DNA of 64,000 nucleotides from an uncultured delta proteobacterium (GTDB taxonomy: Bacteria > Desulfobacterota > Desulfobaccia > Desulfobaccales > 0-14-0-80-60-11). Under the pieces are notes generated by a model. The model was not told the origin of the DNA and did no database searches. It saw nothing but the letters and a program-made list of their open reading frames with translations. The stretch lies in NCBI GenBank assembly GCA_963739295.1, contig CAVTZS010000014.1:68878-132877 (forward strand), given 5' to 3'. This document shows positions 45,224 through 55,493 of the stretch, piece after piece; the stretch's first letter is position 1; every line of letters starts with the position of its first letter. Position numbers and translations under genes: made by a program.

Positions 45224-45252
45224 CGTTCCCAAGCCCAGCTTGGGAACGAGAT
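45224..45252. repeat. gttcccaag-N5-cttgggaac palindrome
   Basis: cgttcccaag-cccag-cttgggaacgagat, with a 10-bp perfect stem. Lies 19 nt beyond the RND gene stop. Confidence 0.8.
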
Positions 45253-45271
45253 TATACAATGGTATCCGGAT

Positions 45272-48200
45272 TCATTTTTCTAATCTTGCGGACACCTCGT
45301 CTTCTGGTGGTTTCCCCGTGGATTCAGGCTGACGGCGTCGTTCACTCAGGCGCTGGGTGATGACGTAGAAAACCGGCACAAAGGGGATGGCCAGGAGGGT
45401 GGAGGCGAGCATGCCTCCGAAGACGACGGTGCCGATGGCCTGCTGGGATGCGGCCCCGGCGCCTCCGGCCTTCATTAACGGCACCACCCCGAGAATAAAG
45501 GCGAAGGAGGTCATGACAATGGGGCGGAAGCGGCGGCGGGTCGCCTCCACCGCCGCGTCGGCGATGGACATGCCCTCGGCGTGCAGTTCCCGGGCGAATT
45601 CCACCACCAGGATGGCGTTCTTGCTGGCCAGGGCAATCATCAGCACCAGGCCCACCTGGGTGTAGAGGTTGTTGTCCAGGCCCCGGGAGATGAGCGCCAG
45701 GATCACGCCCACCAGGGCGATGGGCACCACGAGGATAACCGCGGCGGGGTTGGTCCAGCTTTCGTATTGGGCGGCCAGAACCAGGAATACCAGGATAATG
45801 GCCAGGGCATAGATGAAGTAGGCCTGGCTGCCCACCTGCTTTTCTTGATAGGCGGTGGCCGTCCAGTCATAGGAGATGCCCTTGGGCAAGTTGTTCTTAG
45901 CGACCTGCTCCATGAGGTTGAGAGCCTGGCCGGAGCTGAACCCCGGGGCGGCAGACCCGAACATGGGTACGGCGGGATACAGGTTGTACCGGGTGACCAG
46001 TTCGGAGCCCAGCATCCGCTTGATGGCCAGGAGGGTGCCCAAGGGCACCATTTCCCCTTTGTTATTGCGGACGTAGAGGGCCTTGATGTCCTCCGGGCTC
46101 AGTCGGTAGGGGGCGGCGGCCTGCACGTAGACCTGGTATGACTGGTTGAACTTGTTGAAGAGGTTCACATAGGCTGAGCCAAGGTAAGCCTGCAGGGTAT
46201 TGAACACATTGTTCAGCGGAATCTCCAGCGACTGCGCCTTGGTCCGGTCGATATCCAGGTAAAGCTGGGGGCTACGGGCGTTAAAGGAGGTGGTGACGCC
46301 CCGCAGGCCGGATTGGGCGAGGGCAGCCCTGATGACCTCCATAGCTGTTTCTTCCAGCTCGAGAAGTCCCAGGCTTCTCCGGTCCTCCACCATCATCTGA
46401 AACCCGCCGGATTGTCCCAGACCGCTGATGGGCGGCGGCACCAGCACCGCGAACTCCGCTTCTTCAACGCCGGCCAGCTCCCGCCTCAGGTCGGTGACAA
46501 TCCGCTCCTGACTCAAGGCGGCGCCGCGCTGTTTCCACCCCTTGTATATGGCAAAAGTACTGAACATCGTGGAGACATTGGCGGCGTCCAGCATGGAAAA
46601 GCCGCCCATGGTCACCCAGGAAGCGACCCCCGGGGTCTTGCGGAGAATGGCATCGACCTTGTTGGAAACCTCCATGACCCGGGGTTGGGAGGCCGCTTCG
46701 GGCAGGATTCCCACGACCACGGCGTACCCCTGGTCTTCCTCAGGCAGAAAGCCGGTGGGGTGCCGCGCGAAGAGCAAGCCGCCCGTGCCGATAATGAGAA
46801 AAAACACCAGGGCCATGAGCCCGGGGCGCTGCACCATCCAGCGGACCAGATCGACATAAGCTCGTTCCACCACCCCATAGACACGGTTGAAGCCGCGGTA
46901 GAAGGCATTGGGCTGCTTGGTCTCGTCCCGGGGGCGCAGGTAGAGGGCGCACTGGGCCGGCTTGAGGGTTAAGGCGTTCAGGGCGCTGATGATGGCGGTG
47001 GCGGCAATCACCAGGGCGAACTGACGGAAGAGCTGGCCGGTGATGCCAGGCATAAAGGCTGCGGGCAGAAACACCGAAGTGAGCACCAGGGTGATGCCCA
47101 TAACCGGGCCGGTCATTTCGCTCATGGCCTTGATAGCCGCATCGTGGGGAGAGAGCCCCTGTTCGATATAGTGCGACGAGTTTTCAACAATGACGATGGC
47201 GTCATCCACCACGATGCCGATGGCCAAAATCAAGGCAAACAGGGTCATCAGATTGACCGTGAAGCCGAGCAGGGCCATCGCGGCAAAAGCGCCGATGATA
47301 GTCACCGGGACGGTGGTGGCGGGAACCAGGGTGGCGCGCCAGTTCTGGAGGAACACCATGATGACGATGAGCACCAGGATGCCGGCTTCAAAGAGGGTCT
47401 CGTACACGGCGTGGATGGCCTGGCTGATAAACTCCGTGGTGTCGTAATGAATGGCAAATTTCAGGCCTTCTGGAAACTCCTTGCTCATTTCGGCCATAGC
47501 CTGGCGCACGTTCTTGCCGACATTGATGGCATTGGCGCCCGGCGAAGAATAGACTACGATCTGAGTGGCCTTATGCCCGCTAAGCCCGGCAAAATTGCTG
47601 TAGGACTGCTGGCTCAGTTCCACGCGGGCGAGATCCTTCACCCGGACGATCTGGGCGGCCTCGGCCTCGCCGCGCACCATCTTGACAATGATATTCTCGA
47701 ACTGGGTGACATCGGAAAGCCTTCCTAAGGCGTTGATGGTGAACTGAAAGGCCTGGTCGGTGGGCACCGGCGGCCCTCCGAGTTTTCCCGCCACCACCTG
47801 GACGTTTTGCTGTTGGATGGCATTCACCACATCCATGGTGGTGAGTTGGTAGTATTGGAGCTTGTCGGGGTTCAGCCATACCCGCATGCTGTAAGAACCG
47901 GCACCGACGACCTTGATCTGGCCGACCCCGGGGAGACGGGCCAGAGGATATTGCAGGTTAATCATGGCGTAATTGGATAGGAAGGTTTCGTCGAAACGGT
48001 CGTCGTCCGAAAAGAGGCTGACCACCTGCAAGATATTGGTGGAGACCTGTTTGACGGAAACGCCCTGGGCCTGAACGGTTTCGGGCAGTTGAGCCAGGGC
48101 CCCGTTCACAAAATTCTGCACCAGGGCCAGAGAAGTATCGAGATCGGTGCCCACGGCGAAAGTCACGGTCAAAATGTAACTCCCGTCGCTGCCGCTGGTG

Positions 48201-48442
48201 GAGGACATATAAAGGGAGTTTTTGACCCCGTTGACCGCTTGTTCGATGGGTATGCCCACGGTGGTGGCGATGACCTCGGCGCTGGCTCCCGGGTAACTGG
48301 TGGTTACCTGGATAGTGGGCGGGACGATGTCGGGATACTGGGACACCGGAAGATTGAACAGGCAGACCAGGCCCAGAATGATGATGACAATGGCGATGAC
48401 GTTGGCGAAGATGGGCCGTTCAATGAAAAACTTGGAAATCAT
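45272..48442 (-). CDS. RND multidrug efflux permease (AcrB/HAE1-like)
   Basis: Start trimmed to MISKFFIERPIFANV (ATG 48442), overlapping the MFP stop as ATGA. Has 12 TM helices and two large loops. Contains AIGIVVDDAIVIVEN. Confidence 0.9.
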   Translation of the reverse strand: MISKFFIERPIFANVIAIVIIILGLVCLFNLPVSQYPDIVPPTIQVTTSYPGASAEVIATTVGIPIEQAVNGVKNSLYMSSTSGSDGSYILTVTFAVGTDLDTSLALVQNFVNGALAQLPETVQAQGVSVKQVSTNILQVVSLFSDDDRFDETFLSNYAMINLQYPLARLPGVGQIKVVGAGSYSMRVWLNPDKLQYYQLTTMDVVNAIQQQNVQVVAGKLGGPPVPTDQAFQFTINALGRLSDVTQFENIIVKMVRGEAEAAQIVRVKDLARVELSQQSYSNFAGLSGHKATQIVVYSSPGANAINVGKNVRQAMAEMSKEFPEGLKFAIHYDTTEFISQAIHAVYETLFEAGILVLIVIMVFLQNWRATLVPATTVPVTIIGAFAAMALLGFTVNLMTLFALILAIGIVVDDAIVIVENSSHYIEQGLSPHDAAIKAMSEMTGPVMGITLVLTSVFLPAAFMPGITGQLFRQFALVIAATAIISALNALTLKPAQCALYLRPRDETKQPNAFYRGFNRVYGVVERAYVDLVRWMVQRPGLMALVFFLIIGTGGLLFARHPTGFLPEEDQGYAVVVGILPEAASQPRVMEVSNKVDAILRKTPGVASWVTMGGFSMLDAANVSTMFSTFAIYKGWKQRGAALSQERIVTDLRRELAGVEEAEFAVLVPPPISGLGQSGGFQMMVEDRRSLGLLELEETAMEVIRAALAQSGLRGVTTSFNARSPQLYLDIDRTKAQSLEIPLNNVFNTLQAYLGSAYVNLFNKFNQSYQVYVQAAAPYRLSPEDIKALYVRNNKGEMVPLGTLLAIKRMLGSELVTRYNLYPAVPMFGSAAPGFSSGQALNLMEQVAKNNLPKGISYDWTATAYQEKQVGSQAYFIYALAIILVFLVLAAQYESWTNPAAVILVVPIALVGVILALISRGLDNNLYTQVGLVLMIALASKNAILVVEFARELHAEGMSIADAAVEATRRRFRPIVMTSFAFILGVVPLMKAGGAGAASQQAIGTVVFGGMLASTLLAIPFVPVFYVITQRLSERRRQPESTGKPPEDEVSARLEK

Positions 48443-49656
48443 GGGGCGCCCTTCCCGGCCCCGGGATTCGGCGCGGGGGTTTTGGCGCCCTCTGGTCCAG
48501 GCTGAGCCGCGCTCTTCTCGGGAGTCACCTGTCTGCCGGGAATGGCCCGCAACAGGCCGGCGCCGACCACCCACTCCTCCCCATTCAAGCCCTCAAGGAC
48601 TACACGGTAGTCACCCTCCTGGACGCCGAGTTTGACCCCGCGGCGCTCTACTATGTTCTTATCATTCACCACCCGGACAAAGGGACCGATCTGGTCATAG
48701 CCAAGGGCCACTTCCGGCACCAACAGGGCATTCTTTTCCTCATCCATCGGAGTTCGCACGCGCGCGAACAGTCCCGGCAGGATCACGAACTTCGGATTAG
48801 AGATGATCGCCCGGAGCATCAAGGTGCCGGTGGTGGGATTGAGGGTAATGCCTGCGAAATCAAGATAACCCTGGTGGGGATAGCCCGTTTCATCAGCGAG
48901 ACCGACGTACACGGGCCATTTCTTGTTCTTGGATTCCTCGTACGATTCCGGCTCCTTACCCCTGACGCGCAACAGATCTTGCTCATTAATGTTGAAGTAG
49001 ACATAGATGGGGTCAATCTGGTTGACCTCGGCCAGCAGGGTATTTTCGCCGGCGCCCACCAGGGTGCCCGGGTCCTTGAGATGGCGGCCGATGCGACCGT
49101 CAAAGGGGGCGGTGACTCGGGTATAGCTCAGATTGAGTTTAGCCAGGTCAACTTGGGCCTCTGCGGCCATGAGCGCGGCCCGACGCGCGTCCCGCTCGTA
49201 ATGCCAGCGGTCCACGTCCGTTTGGGCGGCGGCATCCTGCTTAACCAGCCGGGAGTACCGGGCAAATTCGGTAGCGGCATGCTCCAGGAGGGCTTTTTCG
49301 GCCAGAACTTGTGATTCCGCCTGCTTGAGTTTGGCTTCATAAGTGTTTTGTTGGATGATGAACAACAATTGGCCTTTTTTCACCGTGTCTCCGTCCTGGA
49401 ACAAGACCTTTTCCAAAAAGCCCTCCACCCGGGCGCGCAGTGGCACCGTGTTAAAGGCAACCGCGTTCCCCGTGAATTCCAGATAATCGGTCACGGGCTT
49501 TTTTAGGGGCTGACTTACCGTCACTTTGGGGGGCGGCGGCGGTGCATAGGTATTTCTCTCACCACAGGCCATGGCCATGACCAGGAGCGCCACCGATATT
49601 ACCACTTCGGGAGCGCGGCCGCGACACCGGATCGGGCTTCTCTTTCCCTCAATCAT
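48439..49656 (-). CDS. RND efflux periplasmic adaptor lipoprotein (AcrA-like)
   Basis: 405 aa. Lipobox LVMAMAC and the MFP hairpin/lipoyl/barrel pattern. Confidence 0.9.
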   Translation of the reverse strand: MIEGKRSPIRCRGRAPEVVISVALLVMAMACGERNTYAPPPPPKVTVSQPLKKPVTDYLEFTGNAVAFNTVPLRARVEGFLEKVLFQDGDTVKKGQLLFIIQQNTYEAKLKQAESQVLAEKALLEHAATEFARYSRLVKQDAAAQTDVDRWHYERDARRAALMAAEAQVDLAKLNLSYTRVTAPFDGRIGRHLKDPGTLVGAGENTLLAEVNQIDPIYVYFNINEQDLLRVRGKEPESYEESKNKKWPVYVGLADETGYPHQGYLDFAGITLNPTTGTLMLRAIISNPKFVILPGLFARVRTPMDEEKNALLVPEVALGYDQIGPFVRVVNDKNIVERRGVKLGVQEGDYRVVLEGLNGEEWVVGAGLLRAIPGRQVTPEKSAAQPGPEGAKTPAPNPGAGKGAP

Positions 49657-49781
49657 TGTTTCGAGTTCCTCTGGCTCAGTTCCTTGAATGGACCGTTGTC
49701 GCCGGGCCGGCGGCTAAGGCTCACCTGAGCCTGGTAGCCGGCGACCTCTCATCATATTGAATGGTTCAATGCCGCCAACCT

Positions 49782-51359
49782 TTACCATTGCGGAGGTCGG
49801 ATATCATATTTGGGTTGTTCCGGCGGGGGCGCAGGAAAAGCCGCGGGCGTGAGTAGTTTGCCCCAATTGGTGCGTTTCGCCATGGCCTCTTTAATGGAGG
49901 TCGGCACAAAATCCTGTCCTTCGCGGATCTGCCAGCCGCCTCCCATGGCCCGGTACACCCCCACCAGGTTGCCGGAGATGTCTCCCAGGGTAGTGGCGAG
50001 ATTGTCCTGCTGGGTCAAGAGAGTTTGCTCCGCGGTCAGAACGGTGGTGAAATCCGTGATCCCCTCCCGATATTGGATGATCGCCAGTTCGACGGACCTC
50101 TGGGCGGCGGCGGTGGCCCCGGCCAGCCTCTTGGCCCGTTGCTGGGCCTTCAAGAAAGCGATTAGGGCGTTTTCCACCTCCTGCTGGGCTTGGAGCACCG
50201 TGTTCTGATAGGCGGTGAGCAATTCCTGGAACCGGGCGTCCTGCACCCTCACCTGATTGGTGATCTGGCCATAATTAAAGAGATTCCACTGGAAGGACGG
50301 CCCGATGGTGCCGGTGCGGCTCTTCCACTGGAACATATCACCCAGGACAAAGGTTCCCACATCGCTGGCCTGGAGCCCAAACGTGCCGCTTAAGGAAAAA
50401 GCCGGGTAGAGGTTGGCCTTGGCCACGCCGATTTGGGCACATTGCGCCGCCGCCCGCCACTCGGCACTTTGAATATCCGGCCGCCGCCGCAGCAGGTCCG
50501 CAGGGATGCCTAGCGCCACCTGGGGTGGCGGCGCGGGGATATCCGATTTAGACCCCAGGAGATCCCTCAGGTCACTGGGCGGCATTCCCATGAGAATGCT
50601 GAGTGCGTTTTGCGTCTGACGCAACTGGCTTTCCAGGGTGGGGATGGTGGCCTCGGTGCTCTCCAACACCGTCTGGGCCTGCTCCACGTCCCGCTTGGAG
50701 GTGGTGCCGCCTAGAAATCGTGCCTGGGCAATCTGCAAGCTTTTCTTCTGGACCTCCACATTCTGGCGCGCAATGTTCAGCCGCTGTTCCAGGGTCCGGA
50801 GGGAGATGTAGGAATTGGCCACATCGGCGGTCAGAGTGACCAGGATGTTGTCATAATCGGCTTCTGCGGCCAGCAGACTGGCATCGGCGGACTCGACGGC
50901 CCGGCGAAACTTGCCCCAGAAATCGATTTCCCAACTGGCTGTCAGCCCCATCTGGGATAGCCAGAAGTTATCTGGCGAACCTGGAGCAGACGTGGGACTC
51001 CTTTCACTGAGGCGATTTTTTTGCACCGAGCCGAAAGCTTGTTGAGTCTGCGGATACAGTTCGCCCACCGCGATGCCCAGTTGGGCCCGGGCCCCCAGGA
51101 CGCGCACCCCGGCAATACGCAGGGGCAAGTTTTGCTGGTAGGCAGTCTGGATGAGCTTATCCAGGACGGGGTCGTTGAAGGCCCGCCACCAGTCCCGGTA
51201 ATCCTCAGTCTTCGTGGTTACCTGCTTATACCCCCCCGCCTCCAGCCAGTTTGGCATCACGGTGGCCTCAGGTTTCACGAAGTCCGGCCCCACCTTAACG
51301 CACCCGGAAGCCAGGAGGAGGACGACCAGGAAGAATCCGCTGAATCTGTTGTAGCTCAT
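49782..51359 (-). CDS. RND efflux outer-membrane lipoprotein, NodT family
   Basis: Lipobox LLLASGC after MSYNRFSGFF (start trimmed to 51359). Two OEP repeats. Confidence 0.85.
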   Translation of the reverse strand: MSYNRFSGFFLVVLLLASGCVKVGPDFVKPEATVMPNWLEAGGYKQVTTKTEDYRDWWRAFNDPVLDKLIQTAYQQNLPLRIAGVRVLGARAQLGIAVGELYPQTQQAFGSVQKNRLSERSPTSAPGSPDNFWLSQMGLTASWEIDFWGKFRRAVESADASLLAAEADYDNILVTLTADVANSYISLRTLEQRLNIARQNVEVQKKSLQIAQARFLGGTTSKRDVEQAQTVLESTEATIPTLESQLRQTQNALSILMGMPPSDLRDLLGSKSDIPAPPPQVALGIPADLLRRRPDIQSAEWRAAAQCAQIGVAKANLYPAFSLSGTFGLQASDVGTFVLGDMFQWKSRTGTIGPSFQWNLFNYGQITNQVRVQDARFQELLTAYQNTVLQAQQEVENALIAFLKAQQRAKRLAGATAAAQRSVELAIIQYREGITDFTTVLTAEQTLLTQQDNLATTLGDISGNLVGVYRAMGGGWQIREGQDFVPTSIKEAMAKRTNWGKLLTPAAFPAPPPEQPKYDIRPPQW

Positions 51360-51813
51360 ATGGCTCCGCACGCGGCCTTGCCAGTCTCCTGATTGGTTAA
51401 ACCACTTCAATAAACCGCCCTCTAGGAGATGCAGTCCATGAGACTAAGGCCTTACCTACCTAAAACTAAAGTCCCATGGTCTTTCCCCACAAATTCCTTA
51501 AAGAGTATTCACTTTATAGCGATACCATGTAAAGTTAAAGATAATTTTCTAGGCAGATCATCGATCCTTGGGGTCGGACGGAGACCCCTGAGAAGCGCCT
51601 GAGCTATCGTAAAATTAAAATGGCTCTGCCCGGGGTCGGGCTGTACCTTGTAGATTGCGGTTTCTCCATGGGTGACCGACCAAGGGAATCAAGTATGGCA
51701 CAGATGGCCTGTTGAAACTCTCATTAATACCGATTTACCTGGTAATGACATGGGGTACAAATAGCTGCCAGCTGGGAAGGGCCAGGCTACTCGGGGCAGC
51801 TCAATTTAGTTAA

Positions 51814-51826
51814 GGAATGTCATTCC
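51814..51826. promoter_or_regulatory. Perfect dyad ggaatg-t-cattcc upstream of fba (candidate operator)
   Basis: 13-bp palindrome 38 nt upstream of the fba ATG. A related aatgacat lies at 51744-51751. Confidence 0.25.
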
Positions 51827-51863
51827 GAGAACTGGTGAACTAAACCTAAGAAGAGGAGTCCAG

Positions 51864-52844
51864 ATGGTGGCTCAACCTAAGTATAAGGAACTCGGGCTGG
51901 TGAACACCCGGGACATGTTTCACCAGGCCATGGCCGGGCGCTACGCCGTCCCGGCTTATAATTTTAACAACCTGGAGCAGCTCGAGGCCATTATCATCGG
52001 GTGTGTCCAATCGAAATCCCCCGTTATTCTCCAATGTTCCGGCAGCGCCCGGAAATACATGCATGAGGCCATGGTGCCCCATCTGGTAAACGGGGCCATG
52101 GAAATGGTGAAAGCACTGGGTGCAAGCATCCCGGTGGCCCTGCACCTGGACCACGGTGACACCTTGGAACTGGCCGAGTCCTGCATCGACTCGGGCTTCT
52201 CCTCGGTGATGATCGACGGCTCTCATCATCCTTTCGAGGAAAACGTCCACCTCACCGCACAGGTGGTGAAATACGCCCATGAGCGGGACGTAACCGTGGA
52301 AGGGGAGCTGGGGGTGTTGGCCGGCATTGAGGACGAGGTGTCCGCCGTGGCGTCCCATTATACGCGACCGGAGGAGGTGGAAAAGTTCGTGGTGCAGACC
52401 GGGGTGGACTCGCTAGCCATTTCCATCGGCACCTCCCACGGGGCTTTCAAGTTTAAGGTGAAGCCCGGCGAGGAGCCGCCGCCCTTAAGGTTCGACATCC
52501 TGGAGGAGATCGAGAAGCGCCTGCCGGGGTTTCCCATTGTCCTGCACGGAGCCTCCACCGTGATGCCCGAGTACGTGGACCTGATCAACCGGTTCGGGGG
52601 CAGGATGGAGGAGGCGGTGGGCATTTCGGAAGAGCAGTTGAGGAGGGCCGCCCGTTCGGCGGTTTGTAAAATCAACATCGACAGTGACGGCCGTCTGGCC
52701 ATGACCGCGGTCATTAGGAAAATCTTGGGTGAAAAGCCAGGAGAGTTTGATCCCCGCAAGTACCTGGGACCGGCCCGGGACGAACTCATCAAGATGATCA
52801 AATATAAAAATGAGCACGTGCTCCTGAGCGCCGGGAAGGCCTGA
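51864..52844 (+). CDS. fba: Class II fructose-1,6-bisphosphate aldolase
   Basis: 326 aa. VPAYNFNN, ALHLDHG, SVMIDGS and SIGTSHGAFK motifs. Confidence 0.9.
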   Translation: MVAQPKYKELGLVNTRDMFHQAMAGRYAVPAYNFNNLEQLEAIIIGCVQSKSPVILQCSGSARKYMHEAMVPHLVNGAMEMVKALGASIPVALHLDHGDTLELAESCIDSGFSSVMIDGSHHPFEENVHLTAQVVKYAHERDVTVEGELGVLAGIEDEVSAVASHYTRPEEVEKFVVQTGVDSLAISIGTSHGAFKFKVKPGEEPPPLRFDILEEIEKRLPGFPIVLHGASTVMPEYVDLINRFGGRMEEAVGISEEQLRRAARSAVCKINIDSDGRLAMTAVIRKILGEKPGEFDPRKYLGPARDELIKMIKYKNEHVLLSAGKA

Positions 52845-52887
52845 GACCCCCAAGAAGAGAGGGAAGTGCGGAGGAGATAAAGATCCG

Positions 52888-55350
52888 ATGAAACAGAACC
52901 CTCAAGGGCGTGAGACCATTCGCACGGGGCTGCGCCCGGAAACCCTGGCCCAGGCCCTCCTTGAGAATCTCTACTACGTTCAGGGACGAAACCCCGAGTT
53001 GGCGACCCTAAACGACTGGTACATGGCTTTGGCCTACACGGTTAGGGACCGGCTGATTCACGGCTGGCTCGAAACACTCAAGACTCTGCGGCAAGAGGCC
53101 AGGATCGTCAGCTACCTTTCGGCCGAATTCCTGATCGGCCCGCAGTTGGGGAACAGCCTCATCAGCTTGGGCATCTGGGGGCCGGTCAAGGAAGCTGTGG
53201 CCACCCATGGGCTGAATCTGGAGGAGCTCCTGGAACAGGAGGCCGAGCCGGGCCTGGGAAACGGCGGCCTGGGGAGGCTGGCCGCCTGCTTCCTTGACTC
53301 TCTGGCGACCCTCGGAGTTCCCGCCATCGGCTACGGGCTCCGTTACGAGTTCGGTATCTTCGACCAGGAAATCCGGGACGGCTGGCAGGTGGAGGTGACG
53401 GACAAGTGGCTGGCCCTGGGAAACCCCTGGGAGATTTGCCGGCCCGAGATCACTTATGAGGTGGGCTGGAAGGGGCATACCGAGACCTATGTTGATGCTG
53501 AAGGCAACCAGCGGGTGCGCTGGGTTCCTAGCTGGATGGTAAAAGGTGTGGCCTACGACTATCCCGTCCCTGGCTACCAGACCAGGGTCACCAACCTCCT
53601 GCGCCTATGGAAGTCGGAAGCCGTGGAGTCTTTCGATTTCAAGGACTTCAACGTGGGGGATTACTACGGCGCCGTACAGGAGAAGGTGATCTCAGAGACC
53701 ATCACCAAGGTTCTCTACCCCAATGACGAGCCGGAGGTTGGCAAAAGACTCAGGTTAGGTCAGCAGTACTTTTTCGTCTCCTGCTCCCTTAAGGACATGC
53801 TGCGCATCCACCTCATGCGCGGCCACCGCCTGGACACCTTCCACGAAACCTACGCGGTGCAGCTCAATGATACCCATCCTGCCATCGCCGTGGCGGAGCT
53901 GATGCGGCTCCTGGTGGACGAGCACTTCCTGGATTGGGACCGGTCCTGGGAGATCACCCAGAAAACCTTGGCCTACACTAATCATACCCTTTTGCCAGAG
54001 GCCCTGGAGAAGTGGCCGCTGCCGCTCTTTGCCGAGCTCCTGCCCCGGCACCTGGAAATCATCTACGAGATCAACCGCCGGTTTTTGGATGAGGTGCGGC
54101 TGAGATACCCTGATGACGAGGATTTAGTGCAGCGCCTCTCTCTCATCGAGGAAAGCGGCCCCAAATACGTGCGCATGGCGAATTTGGCCAGTCTGGGCAG
54201 CCACGCCATCAATGGGGTGGCCGCCTTACATACGGAACTGCTTAAAGCAACCATCCTCAAAGACTTCCACACCCTCTTTCCCGAAAAGTTTTTGAACATC
54301 ACCAACGGGGTAACCCCCCGGCGCTGGCTGGTGCTCAGCAACCCGAGGCTGGCGGACCTGATCTCCGGCCGCCTCGGGGACCGCTGGGTGAGGCATTTAG
54401 AAGAGGACTTGCCCCTTTTGGAGCCTCTGGCCGATGACCCCGAATTTCGGCAAGCCTGGAGAGAAGTCAAACTGGCTAATAAACGGGACCTGGCGGCCGT
54501 CGTCCAGGAGCGCACCGGCGTTACCCTCAACCCCGATACCCTCTTCGACATCCAGGTGAAGCGCCTCCACGAATACAAGCGCCAGCACCTGAACGTGTTG
54601 CACATTATCACCCTGTATAATCGCTTAAGAAAAAACCCTGAGGTGGAAATCACCCCTCGTACCTATATCTTCGGCGGCAAAGCCGCGCCCGGCTACTTCA
54701 TGGCCAAGCTCATCATCAAGCTCATCAATGCGGTGGCGGACGTGGTAAACAACGATCCCAGCGTGGGGAATCGCCTCAAGGTGGTGTATTTCCCGGATTT
54801 CAACGTCAAGAACGGCCAGCGGATTTACCCCGCCGCCGACCTCTCGGAGCAGATCTCCACCGCCGGCAAGGAAGCTTCGGGTACTGGCAACATGAAGTTC
54901 GGCTTAAATGGGGCTCTTACCATCGGCACCCTGGACGGGGCTAACGTGGAGATGCGGGAGGCCGTGGGACAGGAAAATTTTTTTCTTTTTGGCCTGACGG
55001 CTCAAGAAGTGTCCGCCCTCAAGGCCAGGGGTTACCGCTCCCTTTCGTATTACGAAAGCAACGATGAACTGCGGGAGGTGATCGATCTCATCAGTTCCGG
55101 ACACTTTTCCCGCGGCGATACCCGGCTTTTTCAGCCCCTGGTGGCCTCGCTCCTTTACCGCGATGAATATCTGGTGTTGGCCGATTACCAGTCCTACGTG
55201 GACTGCCAGGCGGAAGTGGACCAGGCCTTCCGGGACCAGGGGCGCTGGACCCGGATGTCCATCCTCAACGTAGCCCGCCTGGGCCGGTTTTCCTCGGACC
55301 GCGCCATCCGGGAATACTGCGAACACATCTGGAGAGCCAGGCCACTATGA
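52888..55350 (+). CDS. glgP: Glycogen / maltodextrin phosphorylase
   Basis: 820 aa. Contains EPGLGNGGLGRLAACFLDS and the PLP site EASGTGNMKFGLNGALTIGTLDGANVE. Confidence 0.95.
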   Translation: MKQNPQGRETIRTGLRPETLAQALLENLYYVQGRNPELATLNDWYMALAYTVRDRLIHGWLETLKTLRQEARIVSYLSAEFLIGPQLGNSLISLGIWGPVKEAVATHGLNLEELLEQEAEPGLGNGGLGRLAACFLDSLATLGVPAIGYGLRYEFGIFDQEIRDGWQVEVTDKWLALGNPWEICRPEITYEVGWKGHTETYVDAEGNQRVRWVPSWMVKGVAYDYPVPGYQTRVTNLLRLWKSEAVESFDFKDFNVGDYYGAVQEKVISETITKVLYPNDEPEVGKRLRLGQQYFFVSCSLKDMLRIHLMRGHRLDTFHETYAVQLNDTHPAIAVAELMRLLVDEHFLDWDRSWEITQKTLAYTNHTLLPEALEKWPLPLFAELLPRHLEIIYEINRRFLDEVRLRYPDDEDLVQRLSLIEESGPKYVRMANLASLGSHAINGVAALHTELLKATILKDFHTLFPEKFLNITNGVTPRRWLVLSNPRLADLISGRLGDRWVRHLEEDLPLLEPLADDPEFRQAWREVKLANKRDLAAVVQERTGVTLNPDTLFDIQVKRLHEYKRQHLNVLHIITLYNRLRKNPEVEITPRTYIFGGKAAPGYFMAKLIIKLINAVADVVNNDPSVGNRLKVVYFPDFNVKNGQRIYPAADLSEQISTAGKEASGTGNMKFGLNGALTIGTLDGANVEMREAVGQENFFLFGLTAQEVSALKARGYRSLSYYESNDELREVIDLISSGHFSRGDTRLFQPLVASLLYRDEYLVLADYQSYVDCQAEVDQAFRDQGRWTRMSILNVARLGRFSSDRAIREYCEHIWRARPL

Positions 55351-55493
55351 TGACCAGGATTTCCCGGCCTGATTCCCTCCCGGTAAGCCAGTTTTTCCGA
55401 AAAGAGCCTAAGTGTATAAGCGTGGGTTGTTTTGGGTAAACGATCAGGTCGTAAAGCGAAAAAGTTCTGTTTAAGTCATGGGGTGGAAAATCC

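Noticed and set aside
45160-45252. CRISPR-like periodicity: two ~28-bp palindromic repeats about 59-64 bp apart
   Set aside because: There are only two adjacent copies. They are in inverted, not direct, orientation and their loops differ. No further repeats or cas genes are present. The pattern fits a REP/MITE-like palindrome better.
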